Both the position numbers and the translations under genes were made by a program. Positions 16,855 through 26,851 of a stretch of DNA of 60,525 nucleotides are shown here, piece by piece (within the stretch, counting starts at the first letter, position 1; every line of letters starts with the position of its first letter). Under the pieces are notes generated by a model. It searched no databases, had not been told where the DNA came from, and saw only the letters and a program-made list of their open reading frames with translations. Origin of the DNA: Pseudomonadota bacterium (GTDB lineage: Bacteria > Pseudomonadota > Gammaproteobacteria > Acidiferrobacterales > UBA6901); NCBI GenBank assembly GCA_021778035.1, contig JAJYCY010000007.1:1-60525 (forward strand), read 5' to 3'.

Positions 16855-18896
16855 GCATGAATCCGGAATTGGCCAACTGGCGCATGGAAGAGATCGATGA
16901 CACGGTCGTGCTTACGCTCGACGTGGCCGGACAAAGCTCCAACACGCTGTCCTCCGCGGTACTCGAGGAGTTCGATCGTGTCCTTGGCCAGATTGAGGGC
17001 CGGCCGCTGAAAGGGATCGTCATCCGGTCGGCGAAAACGAGGAGCTTCATCGTCGGAGCTGACGTTACCCAGTTCCGCACGATCAGTGATGCGATGCAGG
17101 CCACCGGCCTGGCCCGCACCGCGCAGGGTGTGTTCAGCCGCCTGGCACGATTGCCGTTTCCGAGCATTGCGCTGATCCATGGAAACTGCCTGGGGGGCGG
17201 GCTGGAGCTGGCCCTTGCGTGCACCTACCGCATCGCGCGCGAGGATGAAGGCACGCGTCTCGGGCTGCCGGAAGTGCGGCTCGGCATCCATCCCGGTTTT
17301 GCCGGGACGGTGCGGCTCCCGCGACTCGTCGGTGATCTGGCAGCGCTTGATCTCATGCTGACGGGCCGCAGCGTAAGCGCGCGCCAGGCGCTGGCTCTGG
17401 GTCTGGTGGACGAAATCGTCCCGGACCGCCACTTGCTGGATGCGGCGTACGCATTTGCTGCCCGCCACCCCCGTCCGAAGCGTGCCCCGTGGTGGAAGCA
17501 CGTGCCGTCGTGGTCGGTCCTGCGCAAGCCGGTCGTGCGCCTGCTGCAGCGCCCGCTGCGGAAGAAGGTCGATCCCGAGCATTATCCGGCGCCGTACCGG
17601 ATCCTTGATCTGTGGCGGCGTGCAGCCGCGCAGGATGCAGAAGCGCTGTCGCTCGGTGAGATGATGGTCAGCCGCACGAGCCGCAGCCTGGTGGACATTT
17701 TCCTGATCGGAGAGGAACTGAAACGCCGTGGACGCCGCCAGCCTCACGGTGTCACGCATGTGCACGTCATCGGTGCCGGTACCATGGGTGCCGATATCGC
17801 CATCTGGGCCGCGTTCAAGGGCTTCCGCGTGAGTCTCCAGGACCAGAATCAGGAAGCGCTCGCCCGCGCAATCGGCAAGGCGCACGGATTCTACCGGAAG
17901 AAGCTCCGCAAGCGGGCGGCCATCCAGGATGCCATGGACCGGCTGATGCCCGATACGAACGGCAACGGCCTGCGCCGCGCCGACCTTGTCATAGAGGCCA
18001 TCATCGAGAATGCCGATGCCAAGCGCGACCTGCTGAAGTCGGTGGAGGGCATTGTGCGCCCTGACACGCTGCTGGCGACAAACACCTCGAGCATCCCGCT
18101 GGAGATCCTGGGAGAAGCCCTGAAGGATCCATCACGCCTGGTCGGGCTGCATTTTTTCAACCCGGTGGCGCAGATGCAGCTGGTCGAGATCGTGCGCGGC
18201 AGACAGACGGGCGAGGAGGCTCTCGACCGTGCGCGCGCATTTACCGTGGCGATCGATCGTCTGCCGCTCGACGTACAGAGCAGCCCGGGATTTCTCGTCA
18301 ACCGTGTGCTCATGCCCTATCTCATCGAGGCAATGGTGATGGTTGAAGAAGGCGTTGCGATCGAGCAGATCGATCTGGCGGCGACCCGTTTTGGCATGCC
18401 GATGGGACCGGTGCTGCTCGCCGACACGGTAGGTCTCGACATCTGCCTGTCCGTGGCCGAAATGCTTGCCGTACCGCTCGGCATCCAGGTTCCGGAGCGT
18501 TTGCGCGAGACCGTCGCGCGCGGCAATCTGGGCAAAAAGTCGGGACGCGGCTTCTATGTTTTCGACAAGTCGGGGAGGCCGAAACGCAAGGCGGTCCGCA
18601 GGCACAGCGACGTTCCGGTCACGGAACGCATGATCCTGCGTATGCTGAACGGAGCTGTCGCCTGTCTGCGCGAGGGGGTGGTCAGCGACCGGGACGCGGT
18701 GGATGCCGGGATGGTCTACGGTACCGGATTTGCCCCTTACCTCGGCGGACCGATGCGCTACGCCGAAGCGCTGGGGGAAGTCGGCATTGCCAGCAGCCTG
18801 AAGCGGCTGGCGCATGAATACGGATCACGTTTTGATCCGGACGAAGGCTGGAGCCGGCCGGAACTTCTGTCACATCGCATGCTGCCGCAGGACTGA
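16851..18896 (+). CDS. fadJ: Multifunctional enoyl-CoA hydratase / 3-hydroxyacyl-CoA dehydrogenase, FadJ/FadB-like
   Basis: An ATGA overlap joins it to the thiolase stop. The N-terminal crotonase fold shows FIVGADV...HGNCLGGGLELALAC...GLPEVRLGIHPGFAGT. The central NAD-binding site is VHVIGAGTMGADIA, followed by HFFNPV and a C-terminal 3HCDH domain. Confidence 0.85.
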   Translation: MSMNPELANWRMEEIDDTVVLTLDVAGQSSNTLSSAVLEEFDRVLGQIEGRPLKGIVIRSAKTRSFIVGADVTQFRTISDAMQATGLARTAQGVFSRLARLPFPSIALIHGNCLGGGLELALACTYRIAREDEGTRLGLPEVRLGIHPGFAGTVRLPRLVGDLAALDLMLTGRSVSARQALALGLVDEIVPDRHLLDAAYAFAARHPRPKRAPWWKHVPSWSVLRKPVVRLLQRPLRKKVDPEHYPAPYRILDLWRRAAAQDAEALSLGEMMVSRTSRSLVDIFLIGEELKRRGRRQPHGVTHVHVIGAGTMGADIAIWAAFKGFRVSLQDQNQEALARAIGKAHGFYRKKLRKRAAIQDAMDRLMPDTNGNGLRRADLVIEAIIENADAKRDLLKSVEGIVRPDTLLATNTSSIPLEILGEALKDPSRLVGLHFFNPVAQMQLVEIVRGRQTGEEALDRARAFTVAIDRLPLDVQSSPGFLVNRVLMPYLIEAMVMVEEGVAIEQIDLAATRFGMPMGPVLLADTVGLDICLSVAEMLAVPLGIQVPERLRETVARGNLGKKSGRGFYVFDKSGRPKRKAVRRHSDVPVTERMILRMLNGAVACLREGVVSDRDAVDAGMVYGTGFAPYLGGPMRYAEALGEVGIASSLKRLAHEYGSRFDPDEGWSRPELLSHRMLPQD

Positions 18897-18898
18897 CC

Positions 18899-20635
18899 AT
18901 GCGGATCGCCATCGACGAACGGACCACGCTACCCGGGATTTTTCTCGCCCGCATTGAAGCCACGCCGGATTGGCCGGCCTACCGGCAGTTCCATCCCGCT
19001 GATGCCACCGCCGGTGGTCCGGCGCAGGGCGAATGGCGGGATGTGAGCTGGGCTGAAGTCGGACGCATGGCCGGGGTCTGGCGCGCTGCGCTGCGCCGGG
19101 AGGGACTGCAGGCCGGTGATCGTGTGGCGCTCTGCATGCGCAACCGGACTGAGTGGGTGCTGTTCGACCACGCGGCCCTCGGGCTCGGCCTGGTTGTGGT
19201 GCCGCTGTTCTACAACGACAGGCCGGAAAACATGGCCTGGTGCATGAATGATGCCGGCGTGCGCCTGCTGTTGCTCGAGGACGGGCAGCACTGGAGCAGC
19301 CTGCGTGGACAGATTCCGACGCTCGTGCGCGTGGTATGCCTGGGCGGCACGCCCAGTGGCGATGCGCTTGCTGTAGCGGTATCTGCATGGCTGCCGCCGC
19401 AAGGCGAAGCGCTTGATGCCGGCCCGGCGCGCGCCTCCGATCTGGCCACTGTGGTCTACACGTCAGGAACCACCGGGCGGCCCAAGGGCGTCATGCTCAG
19501 CCACCGCAATATCGCAAGCAATGTCAGCGCCTGCCTCGATGCGGTGCCTGTCAGGGGGGCTGGCGATCTGTTCATTTCCTTTCTGCCGCTTTCGCACATG
19601 TTCGAGCGGACCGTCGGCTGTTACCTGTCCCTGTGCGTGGGTGCGCAGACGGTCTTTGCACGGGGCGTCGCGGAACTGCCGGAGGACATCCTGAGCCAGC
19701 GGCCTACGCTGCTGGTCTGCGTGCCGCGGATCTTCGAACGCATTTATGCGCGGCTCCAGGAAAGCCTGTCGCCCGGTTCCTTCAGATGGAAGCTGTTCAC
19801 TCTGGCTGTGGAGGTGGGCTGGAGGCGGTTCTGCGGGCAGACGCGGTTTACGGACCGGCTTCTCTGGCCGCTGCTCGACCTGCTTGTGGCGCGGAAACTC
19901 CGCGCGAGGCTGGGCGGACGCGTCAGGCTGATCGTATCGGGTGCTGCCGCGCTTGCGCCGGATCTGTCGCGCACCTTCGTCGGTCTCGGCCTGCCGCTGG
20001 TTCAGGGCTACGGCCTCACCGAATTTTCACCCGTCGTGAGCTGCAATCGCCCCGGCGACAACGATCCGACCTCCGTCGGGCGCCCGCTCGACGGTGTCGA
20101 AATACGGTTTTCGGACGATGGGGAGCTGCTGGTGCGCGGTCCGGAGATGATGCTCGGCTACTGGAACAATATTGCCGCCACGCGCGCGGCAATCGACGCC
20201 GAGGGCTGGTTGCACACTGGCGACCTGGCGCGAATAAACAACGGCCGGCTTAACATCATAGGGCGTGCCAAAGAGATCATCGTGCTCAGCAATGGCGAAA
20301 AGGTTCCGCCGGCGGATATCGAACAGGCAATCCTGCTGGACCCCATCTTCAGTCAGATAATGCTGGTCGGCGAGGGCCGTCCCCATCTCGGCCTGCTCGT
20401 GGTGAGCGAAGTGTCCGACGTAGGCCTGCTCTGCAGGCACGCCAATGCCCAGCTGCGCACGTTTCCCGGTTACGCGCATATCCGCCATGTGGTATGCGTC
20501 AGCGAGCCGTGGACCATCGAAAACCAGCTGCTCACGCCGACACTCAAGCTGCGGCGCAGCAGGATCGAGGAGCGCTTCACCAGGGAAATCGATGGCATGT
20601 ACCGCGGAGTGGGTCCGGACTGCGGGTCGGACTGA
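18899..20635 (+). CDS. fadD: Long-chain-fatty-acid--CoA ligase (AMP-forming acyl-CoA synthetase)
   Basis: The AMP-binding motif VVYTSGTTGRPKGVMLSHRN is present, plus GYGLTE and WLHTGDLA. It starts 2 nt after the fadJ-like stop. Confidence 0.8.
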   Translation: MRIAIDERTTLPGIFLARIEATPDWPAYRQFHPADATAGGPAQGEWRDVSWAEVGRMAGVWRAALRREGLQAGDRVALCMRNRTEWVLFDHAALGLGLVVVPLFYNDRPENMAWCMNDAGVRLLLLEDGQHWSSLRGQIPTLVRVVCLGGTPSGDALAVAVSAWLPPQGEALDAGPARASDLATVVYTSGTTGRPKGVMLSHRNIASNVSACLDAVPVRGAGDLFISFLPLSHMFERTVGCYLSLCVGAQTVFARGVAELPEDILSQRPTLLVCVPRIFERIYARLQESLSPGSFRWKLFTLAVEVGWRRFCGQTRFTDRLLWPLLDLLVARKLRARLGGRVRLIVSGAAALAPDLSRTFVGLGLPLVQGYGLTEFSPVVSCNRPGDNDPTSVGRPLDGVEIRFSDDGELLVRGPEMMLGYWNNIAATRAAIDAEGWLHTGDLARINNGRLNIIGRAKEIIVLSNGEKVPPADIEQAILLDPIFSQIMLVGEGRPHLGLLVVSEVSDVGLLCRHANAQLRTFPGYAHIRHVVCVSEPWTIENQLLTPTLKLRRSRIEERFTREIDGMYRGVGPDCGSD

Positions 20636-20660
20636 AGCGCATCCGCGCGCGGCGACGTTC

Positions 20661-21611
20661 CTATCCGCCCGCTTCGCTGGCGCAGAATGCATCCAGCACG
20701 GATGCGTGATGCACAAGCTGTTCCCGGTCCAGCAGAAAGACGCTCTCATCACCGCTCTGCGTGCAAAGCCATGTGAAGGGCACACCGGGAAGCCGGCCCT
20801 CCAGCAATTCCCGGCTGTTCCCGACTTCGACGACGAGAATTCCGGCCGCGGTGAGATGCTCCGCCGCCTGCGCGAGAATACGGCTGACTGCCTGCAGCCC
20901 ATCGGTACCCGAGGCAAGCGCAAGTTCCGGTTCATGCCGGTATTCTTCCGGCAGCGACTCGATTTCCCCTGCGGCAACATACGGGGGATTGCTCACGATG
21001 ATGTCGTACCGGCTGCCGGCAAGCGCGCTGAACAGGTCCGAGTGTACCAGGCGGATCCGCGACCCGAGCTCGTGCGCCTCGACATTGATTCGCGCAACGT
21101 CGATGGCGTCAGCCGAGATGTCGGCAGCATCCACGTGCGCCCCCGCAAAGGTCTTCGCCATTGCGACCGCGATGCAGCCGCTGCCCGTGCACAGATCGAG
21201 CACGCGGTGCACAGCTGCCCTGCTGATCCAGGGCTGGAATTCCTCGAGAATGAATTCCCCGATCAAAGAACGGGGCACGATGACGCGTTCATCAACGTAG
21301 AATCTGCTGCCCGCAAACCAGGCCTCGTTGAGCAGGTATGCGGCCGGCTTGCGTGTGCTGATTCGCAGGGCGATGATGCGACGCACCGCCTCGCACTGCG
21401 GTCTGGTCACAACGCGACCGAGTTCACTGTCGAGATCGGCGGGTACCACGCCGATGGTGGACCCCACCAGCCACGCGGCCTCGTCGAGCGCGCTGCTGAC
21501 GCCATGCCCGAAGGCCAGACCGCCGGCGCGCAGCTGCCTTTCGCCCCAGAGCACCAGCTGGCGCACGGTGGTGGACTGCCGACAGGGCCCGGTGCTCATG
21601 ATCGGCGTCAT
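20661..21611 (-). CDS. prmB: Ribosomal protein uL3 glutamine N5-methyltransferase PrmB
   Basis: The sequence is collinear with E. coli PrmB: FGHG..ALDEAAWLV, AYLLNEAWFAGSRFYVDERVIVPRS, LDLCTGSGCIAVA, DIIVSNPPYV, EYRHEPELALASGTDGL, VPFTWL. The start is taken at the internal ATG (MTPIMST); the upstream track extension is unsupported. Confidence 0.8.
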   Translation of the reverse strand: MTPIMSTGPCRQSTTVRQLVLWGERQLRAGGLAFGHGVSSALDEAAWLVGSTIGVVPADLDSELGRVVTRPQCEAVRRIIALRISTRKPAAYLLNEAWFAGSRFYVDERVIVPRSLIGEFILEEFQPWISRAAVHRVLDLCTGSGCIAVAMAKTFAGAHVDAADISADAIDVARINVEAHELGSRIRLVHSDLFSALAGSRYDIIVSNPPYVAAGEIESLPEEYRHEPELALASGTDGLQAVSRILAQAAEHLTAAGILVVEVGNSRELLEGRLPGVPFTWLCTQSGDESVFLLDREQLVHHASVLDAFCASEAGG

Positions 21612-21725
21612 TGTAAGGCATAAAATGCGGCCTTCGCCATTGCGCTGCTGTGCCAAAGCTGATGGAATTCCCGGCATGTCGCCCGGCCAACCGGACCGGG
21701 CGGTGTTCTGTGGAGGGGTTCGGAA

Positions 21726-22793
21726 ATGAGCCGGCTGTTTTCTACCCTGAAGCTGCGCGGACTGGAATTCAGGAACCGCATCTTCGTTTCGCCCATGTGC
21801 CAGTATTCAGCGACGGACGGATTTCCTGCGCCCTGGCATATGGTACATCTGGGCAGCCGCGCGGTCGGCGGCGCGGGACTGGTCATGACGGAGGCGACAG
21901 CGGTCACTCCGGAGGGGCGCATTTCGCCGCAGGATCTCGGGATCTGGTCGGACGCGCATGCGCGTGCCCTGGCTCCGGTTGCGCAGTTCATCGCTGACCA
22001 GGGCGCCGTGCCCGGCATACAGCTGGCACATGCCGGGCGCAAGGCATCGACCGCTGCGCCCTGGCGAGGTGGCCATCCGCTCGCTACCGGTGAGGGCGGC
22101 TGGCGCCCCCTGGCGCCGAGTGCGCTGCCCTTCATGTCCGGTCATCCGCTGCCTGAGGCAGTCGCCGAATCCGACATGGACCGCGTGGTCATGCAGTTCC
22201 GCGATGCGGCACGCCGCAGCCTGGATGCCGGATTCAAGGTGGCGGAACTGCATATGGCGCACGGCTACCTGCTGCACGAATTCCTGTCTCCGCTCAGCAA
22301 CCGGCGCGAGGACCAGTACGGAGGGACCCTGGGGAACCGGATGCGGCTGCCGCTGCGTGTAGCCGCTGCCGTGCGGGACGTGTGGCCCCGCGAGCTGCCG
22401 GTATTCGTGCGGATTTCCGCCAGCGACTGGGTCGACGGCGGATGGGATGTGGCGCAGTCCGTCGAGTTTGTCCGCCACCTGAAAGCCGCCGGCATCGATT
22501 TCATCGACTGTTCCAGCGGCGGACTGGTCCCGGACGCACGCATTGCCGCCGGACCCGGGTTCCAGACGCCCTTCGCGACCCAGGTCCGGCGCGAAGCGGA
22601 CATCCCGACCGGTGCGGTGGGATTCATCACGGCCCCGTTCCAGGCCGAGCAGATCGTGGCAACGGGGCTGGCCGACGCGGTGCTGCTGGCGCGTGAGCTG
22701 CTGCGCGATCCCTACTGGCCGCTGCATGCCGCGCGCGATCTCGGTGCCGATATTCCCTGGCCGGTGCAGTACGACCGTGCCAAACCCCGCTGA
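21726..22793 (+). CDS. NADH:flavin oxidoreductase, Old Yellow Enzyme family (NamA/YqjM-like)
   Basis: The N-terminus is MSRLFSTLKLRGLEFRNRIFVSPMCQYSA...WHMVHLGSRAVGGAGLVMTEATAV. HAGRKAS, HMAHGYLLHEFLSPLSNRR.DQYGG and RISASDW are typical OYE motifs. Confidence 0.85.
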   Translation: MSRLFSTLKLRGLEFRNRIFVSPMCQYSATDGFPAPWHMVHLGSRAVGGAGLVMTEATAVTPEGRISPQDLGIWSDAHARALAPVAQFIADQGAVPGIQLAHAGRKASTAAPWRGGHPLATGEGGWRPLAPSALPFMSGHPLPEAVAESDMDRVVMQFRDAARRSLDAGFKVAELHMAHGYLLHEFLSPLSNRREDQYGGTLGNRMRLPLRVAAAVRDVWPRELPVFVRISASDWVDGGWDVAQSVEFVRHLKAAGIDFIDCSSGGLVPDARIAAGPGFQTPFATQVRREADIPTGAVGFITAPFQAEQIVATGLADAVLLARELLRDPYWPLHAARDLGADIPWPVQYDRAKPR

Positions 22794-22847
22794 ATGGCCA
22801 CCGCCGGGCCAGGCGATGGCCGCTGATAGCCGAAGTGGGGCCGGCCG

Positions 22848-23480
22848 CTATTTGTCCGTCGCCGGCTGCGTTCTCAGCATCGGTGCGAGCACATGCCAGA
22901 CATTGTCGAGGACCGTGGTTTCGCCCGCCGCGCGCGGATGCAGCCCGTCCGCCTGCATGAGACGGGGGTCGAGGGCGACGCCCTGGAGCAAAAACGGCAC
23001 CAGCGGCAGGTGGTGCCGTGCGGCCAGGCTCACGAATACCCGGTGAAATGCATCCGAGTAGACCCGGCCATAATTGACCGGCAGGTACATGCCTACCAGC
23101 ACCACGCGCGCCTGGTAGGCCTGGGCCATGCGGATCATGGCATCAAGGTTGTCGCGCATCTGCGCGAGCGGAAGTCCGCGCAGGCCATCATTGGCTCCCA
23201 GCTCGAGAATGACAATCTGCGGATGATGGCGCGCGAGTTCTCCGGGCAGACGTCCACGGCCGCTGCTCGTCGTGTCCCCGCTGATGCTGGCGTTCACCAC
23301 ACGATAGCCATAGCCCTGGCGCCTTAGCCGCTGCTGCAGCAGATCAGGCCAGGACGAATGCAGCGCGATGCCATAGCCGGCGCTCAGACTGTCGCCCACA
23401 ACCAGTATGACCGGTACCGTCGCCGAGGCTTTGGCAGCCGATAGCAGAAGCAGTGTGAGGATCAGGATCCGCCGAATCAC
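22848..23480 (-). CDS. tesA: SGNH/GDSL arylesterase, acyl-CoA thioesterase I-like (TesA)
   Basis: A signal-like N-terminus is followed by [13 protein letters not shown] (GDSL block I), LGANDGLRG (block III) and DGLHP (block V). It is divergent from ybbA as in E. coli. GTG start. Confidence 0.8.
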   Translation of the reverse strand: MIRRILILTLLLLSAAKASATVPVILVVGDSLSAGYGIALHSSWPDLLQQRLRRQGYGYRVVNASISGDTTSSGRGRLPGELARHHPQIVILELGANDGLRGLPLAQMRDNLDAMIRMAQAYQARVVLVGMYLPVNYGRVYSDAFHRVFVSLAARHHLPLVPFLLQGVALDPRLMQADGLHPRAAGETTVLDNVWHVLAPMLRTQPATDK

Positions 23481-23494
23481 GGGAGCATTACATC

Positions 23495-24184
23495 ATGTAC
23501 ATGGTGGAGGCGCAAAAACTGTGCAAGCGCGTAGCGAGCCCGGAGGGGCTGCTTACGCTGCTCGACGGAGTGGACCTTGCGGTCGCCGAGGGCGAGACCT
23601 GCGCCATCGTCGGCGCATCCGGTTCAGGAAAATCCACCCTGCTGGGCCTGCTTGCCGGACTTGATGTTCCAACGTCTGGCCGTGTGCTGCTCGACGGCAG
23701 AGACCTCGGCACCCTCGATGAGGATGGGCGCGCGCGGGTGCGGGCGGGGCGCGTTGGATTCGTGTTCCAGTCCTTCCAGCTGCTGCCCGCGCTCACCGCG
23801 CTGGAAAACGTCATGCTGCCGCTGGAGCTCGCTGGCCGTCCCGCCGCGGCGAGCACGGCACGCGAGGTCCTCGTCCGGGTGGGTCTGCAGGACCGGCTGC
23901 AGCACTATCCGAGCCAGCTGTCCGGCGGCGAGCAGCAGCGTGTGGCGATCGCCCGCGCATTCGCGACCGCTCCGCGGATCCTGTTCGCCGATGAGCCGAC
24001 CGGCAATCTGGACCAGGCCACCGGCAGGCGGGTGATCGATCTCATGTTTTCCCTCAACCGCGAGCACGCCACCACGATCCTGCTCGTTACGCACGAACCG
24101 ACCGTGGCTGCATACTGTGACCGGATGCTGAGGCTGGCAGCGGGCCGGCTGGAAGCGGCTGCCGGGACCGGGGTGGCCGTATGA
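23495..24184 (+). CDS. ybbA: ABC transporter ATP-binding protein YbbA-like
   Basis: It has Walker [10 protein letters not shown], the signature [15 protein letters not shown] and Walker [29 protein letters not shown] is nearly identical in pattern to E. coli YbbA. Confidence 0.85.
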   Translation: MYMVEAQKLCKRVASPEGLLTLLDGVDLAVAEGETCAIVGASGSGKSTLLGLLAGLDVPTSGRVLLDGRDLGTLDEDGRARVRAGRVGFVFQSFQLLPALTALENVMLPLELAGRPAAASTAREVLVRVGLQDRLQHYPSQLSGGEQQRVAIARAFATAPRILFADEPTGNLDQATGRRVIDLMFSLNREHATTILLVTHEPTVAAYCDRMLRLAAGRLEAAAGTGVAV

Positions 24185-24206
24185 AACGGGACGGCAGCGG
24201 CAACCC

Positions 24207-26699
24207 ATGCGCATGCTGAGGCTTTCGCTGCGCTGGCTGGCGCGCGACTGGCGTGCCGGAGAACTGCGGGTATTGATGGCGGCGATCGCCATCGCCGTTG
24301 CCAGCACCACGACCGTGGGATTTTTCACCGACCGCGTGGACGCGCTCGTGCAGCGTCAGGCAGCGACACTGCTCGGTGCCGATCTCGTGGTTGATTCGTC
24401 CGGTCCCTGGAATCCGCAGCTTGTCCGCGGCGCACGCGGTCTGGGGCTGACGACTGCCGAGACGGTCAGTTTTCCGAGCGTGGTGCTGGCTGCCGGCAGG
24501 ACCGAACTGCTCGAAGTCAAGGCGGTCGGCCGCGGCTATCCTCTGCGTGGCACGCTGCGCGTGTCTGCGGTGCCCTACGGGCCGCAACGGCCGGTCAGCA
24601 CCATCCCCGTGCCGGGTACAGTATGGCTCGATCCCCGTGCGATCACGCGGCTCGGACTGCAACCCGGGGCCAGGCTGCATCTCGGGTCCACGACGCTGAC
24701 GGTGGCGCACGTACTGAGCTACGAACCGGACCGTGGCGCAGATCCGTTCAGCTTCGCGCCACGGCTGCTCATGAATCTGCGCGACGTCCCGGCCACCCGC
24801 CTGATCGGCCCGGGCAGCCGTGTCACCTATCGCCTGCTGGTTGCGGGCCCTGCGCCGGCGCTGACGAAATTCCGGCGGTGGGCGGAACCGCGGCTTGCGC
24901 CGGGACAGCGGATCGAAGGCGTGCGCGGAGCACGCCCGCAGCTGAAAGAAGTTCTGGACCGGTCGCAGAAATTCCTCGGACTGGCCGCGCTGGCGAGCGT
25001 ACTGCTGGCCGGGGTCGCCATAGCGACCGCGACCAGGCGCTATGCCGCACGCCATCTCGATGGCGCGGCAGTCATGCGCTGTCTCGGTGCAACGCAGGGT
25101 GACATCGTGACGCTGCATCTGCTGCAGATGTTCTGGCTCGGTATGGCTGCCAGTCTGGCCGGCTGCGCCGCCGGATATGTCGCGCAGGAGTTCCTGGCAC
25201 ACCTGCTTGCCAGCCTGATTACCGCACCGCTGCCCGGACCGTCCCTGCTGCCGGTTGCCACCGGCATGCTGACAGGACTGGTGGCACTGTTCGGATTTGC
25301 CCTGCCCCCGGTGCTGCGGATCAGGCATGTTCCGCCGGCGCGCGTACTGAGGCGGGATCTCGGGCGGATGCCGGCAGCGAACTGGGTGGTCTACGCATCG
25401 GCGCTGGCGGTCATTGGGGCGCTTATGCTGTGGCAGGCGCGCGATGTGCGGCTGACGGCCTATCTGCTCGGCGGAACTGCCGCGACGCTTGCCGGCCTGG
25501 CTGCTTCGGCTTATGTCCTCGTACGCCTGCTCACGCCCCTGCGGGCCCGCTCCGGGGGGGTCTGGCGCCTTGGACTTGCCGGTGTTGCGCGCCGGGCTGT
25601 GAGCAGTGTCGTGCAGATCGCTGCATTCGGTATCGGGATCATGCTGATTCTCCTGCTGGCGCTCGTGCGCGGAGATCTGCTGCGCGCATGGCAGCGCAGC
25701 CTTCCGCCTGGCACGCCGAACCAGTTTGTCATCAACGTCCAGCCGGCCCAGGTGACACCGCTGCGGCGCTTTCTTGTCGCACACGGGCTCAGGCGCGCCG
25801 TGCTTTACCCGATGGTGCGGGGCCGGCTGCTTGCCATCAACGGGATACCGGTGCATGCCGCCAGCTATTCCGGCATCCGCGCCCGGCACCTGGTGGAAAG
25901 GGAATTCAATCTGTCCTGGGCCGCCCGCCCGCAGCGCGACAACCGGATTGTCGCCGGACACTGGTGGACGGCAGCGCAGTATGGCCAGCCGCTCGTGTCG
26001 CTGGAACAGGGTATTGCCAGGACGCTCGGAATCGCCGCCGGTGATACGCTCAAGTACCGGGTTGCCGACCGCGATATTTCCCTGCGGGTAGTGAATCTGC
26101 GTCACGTGGACTGGAGTTCGTTCCGGGTGAATTTCTTTGTCGTGACGCCGCCCGGCGTGCTCAACGGCTTTCCCGCGACCTATATCACGAGTTTTTACCT
26201 CCCGCCCCGGCAGCACGGGGTGCTGGAAGACATGGTGCGGCGATTCCCCAATCTGACGGTCATCGGCGTTCAGGCGTTGATGGCGCAAGTCCGCAGCATC
26301 ATGTATCGCGTGAACATGTCGCTGGAGTATGTGTTCCTGTTTGCCCTGCTGGCGGGGCTGGCCGTGCTTTATTCGGCGGTACAGGCAACGCAGGATGAGC
26401 GTACGCGCGAGGCGGCCCTGATGCGCGCCATGGGGGCGACCACGCGCCAGCTGGTCTTGGCCCTGGCGGTGGAATTTACGGCCATAGGCCTGATCGCCGG
26501 ATTTCTTGCCGCCCTCGGCGCAACCGCCTGCGGCTATCTCATCGCAAGCCACCTCCTCCATGTTTCCTACCGGCCTGATCCGTGGCTGTGGCTCGCTGGC
26601 ATGGCCGGTGGCGGGCTTGGTACCGGATGCTTCGGGGTCTGGGGCATGAGACCGGTACTGCGGTATCCGCCACTGCGGGTCCTGCGCGGATTTTCCTGA
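24207..26699 (+). CDS. ybbP: ABC transporter permease YbbP-like (duplicated FtsX-type domains)
   Basis: This is an 830-aa polytopic protein directly downstream of ybbA. Its length and two FtsX-like TM bundles are consistent with YbbP. Confidence 0.75.
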   Translation: MRMLRLSLRWLARDWRAGELRVLMAAIAIAVASTTTVGFFTDRVDALVQRQAATLLGADLVVDSSGPWNPQLVRGARGLGLTTAETVSFPSVVLAAGRTELLEVKAVGRGYPLRGTLRVSAVPYGPQRPVSTIPVPGTVWLDPRAITRLGLQPGARLHLGSTTLTVAHVLSYEPDRGADPFSFAPRLLMNLRDVPATRLIGPGSRVTYRLLVAGPAPALTKFRRWAEPRLAPGQRIEGVRGARPQLKEVLDRSQKFLGLAALASVLLAGVAIATATRRYAARHLDGAAVMRCLGATQGDIVTLHLLQMFWLGMAASLAGCAAGYVAQEFLAHLLASLITAPLPGPSLLPVATGMLTGLVALFGFALPPVLRIRHVPPARVLRRDLGRMPAANWVVYASALAVIGALMLWQARDVRLTAYLLGGTAATLAGLAASAYVLVRLLTPLRARSGGVWRLGLAGVARRAVSSVVQIAAFGIGIMLILLLALVRGDLLRAWQRSLPPGTPNQFVINVQPAQVTPLRRFLVAHGLRRAVLYPMVRGRLLAINGIPVHAASYSGIRARHLVEREFNLSWAARPQRDNRIVAGHWWTAAQYGQPLVSLEQGIARTLGIAAGDTLKYRVADRDISLRVVNLRHVDWSSFRVNFFVVTPPGVLNGFPATYITSFYLPPRQHGVLEDMVRRFPNLTVIGVQALMAQVRSIMYRVNMSLEYVFLFALLAGLAVLYSAVQATQDERTREAALMRAMGATTRQLVLALAVEFTAIGLIAGFLAALGATACGYLIASHLLHVSYRPDPWLWLAGMAGGGLGTGCFGVWGMRPVLRYPPLRVLRGFS

Positions 26700-26851
26700 C
26701 TGCGGGCCGCTTTTTGCTGCGCCGCCCCATGGTGCGGCGTAACCCGTCACGCGCCTGTCACATTGTCCGTCTAGATTCTCCGCCCGGCAGATGCGCCATG
26801 TGCATCGTGCCGGCCGGGAAGCCGGCGCAGACAACCCATGCAGGAGGGACT

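Noticed and set aside
24087-26834. 915-aa minus-strand ORF.
   Set aside because: It is antisense to ybbA/ybbP. The Arg/Gly/Pro/His-rich low-complexity translation is typical of open antisense frames in GC-rich DNA, and there is no homology.
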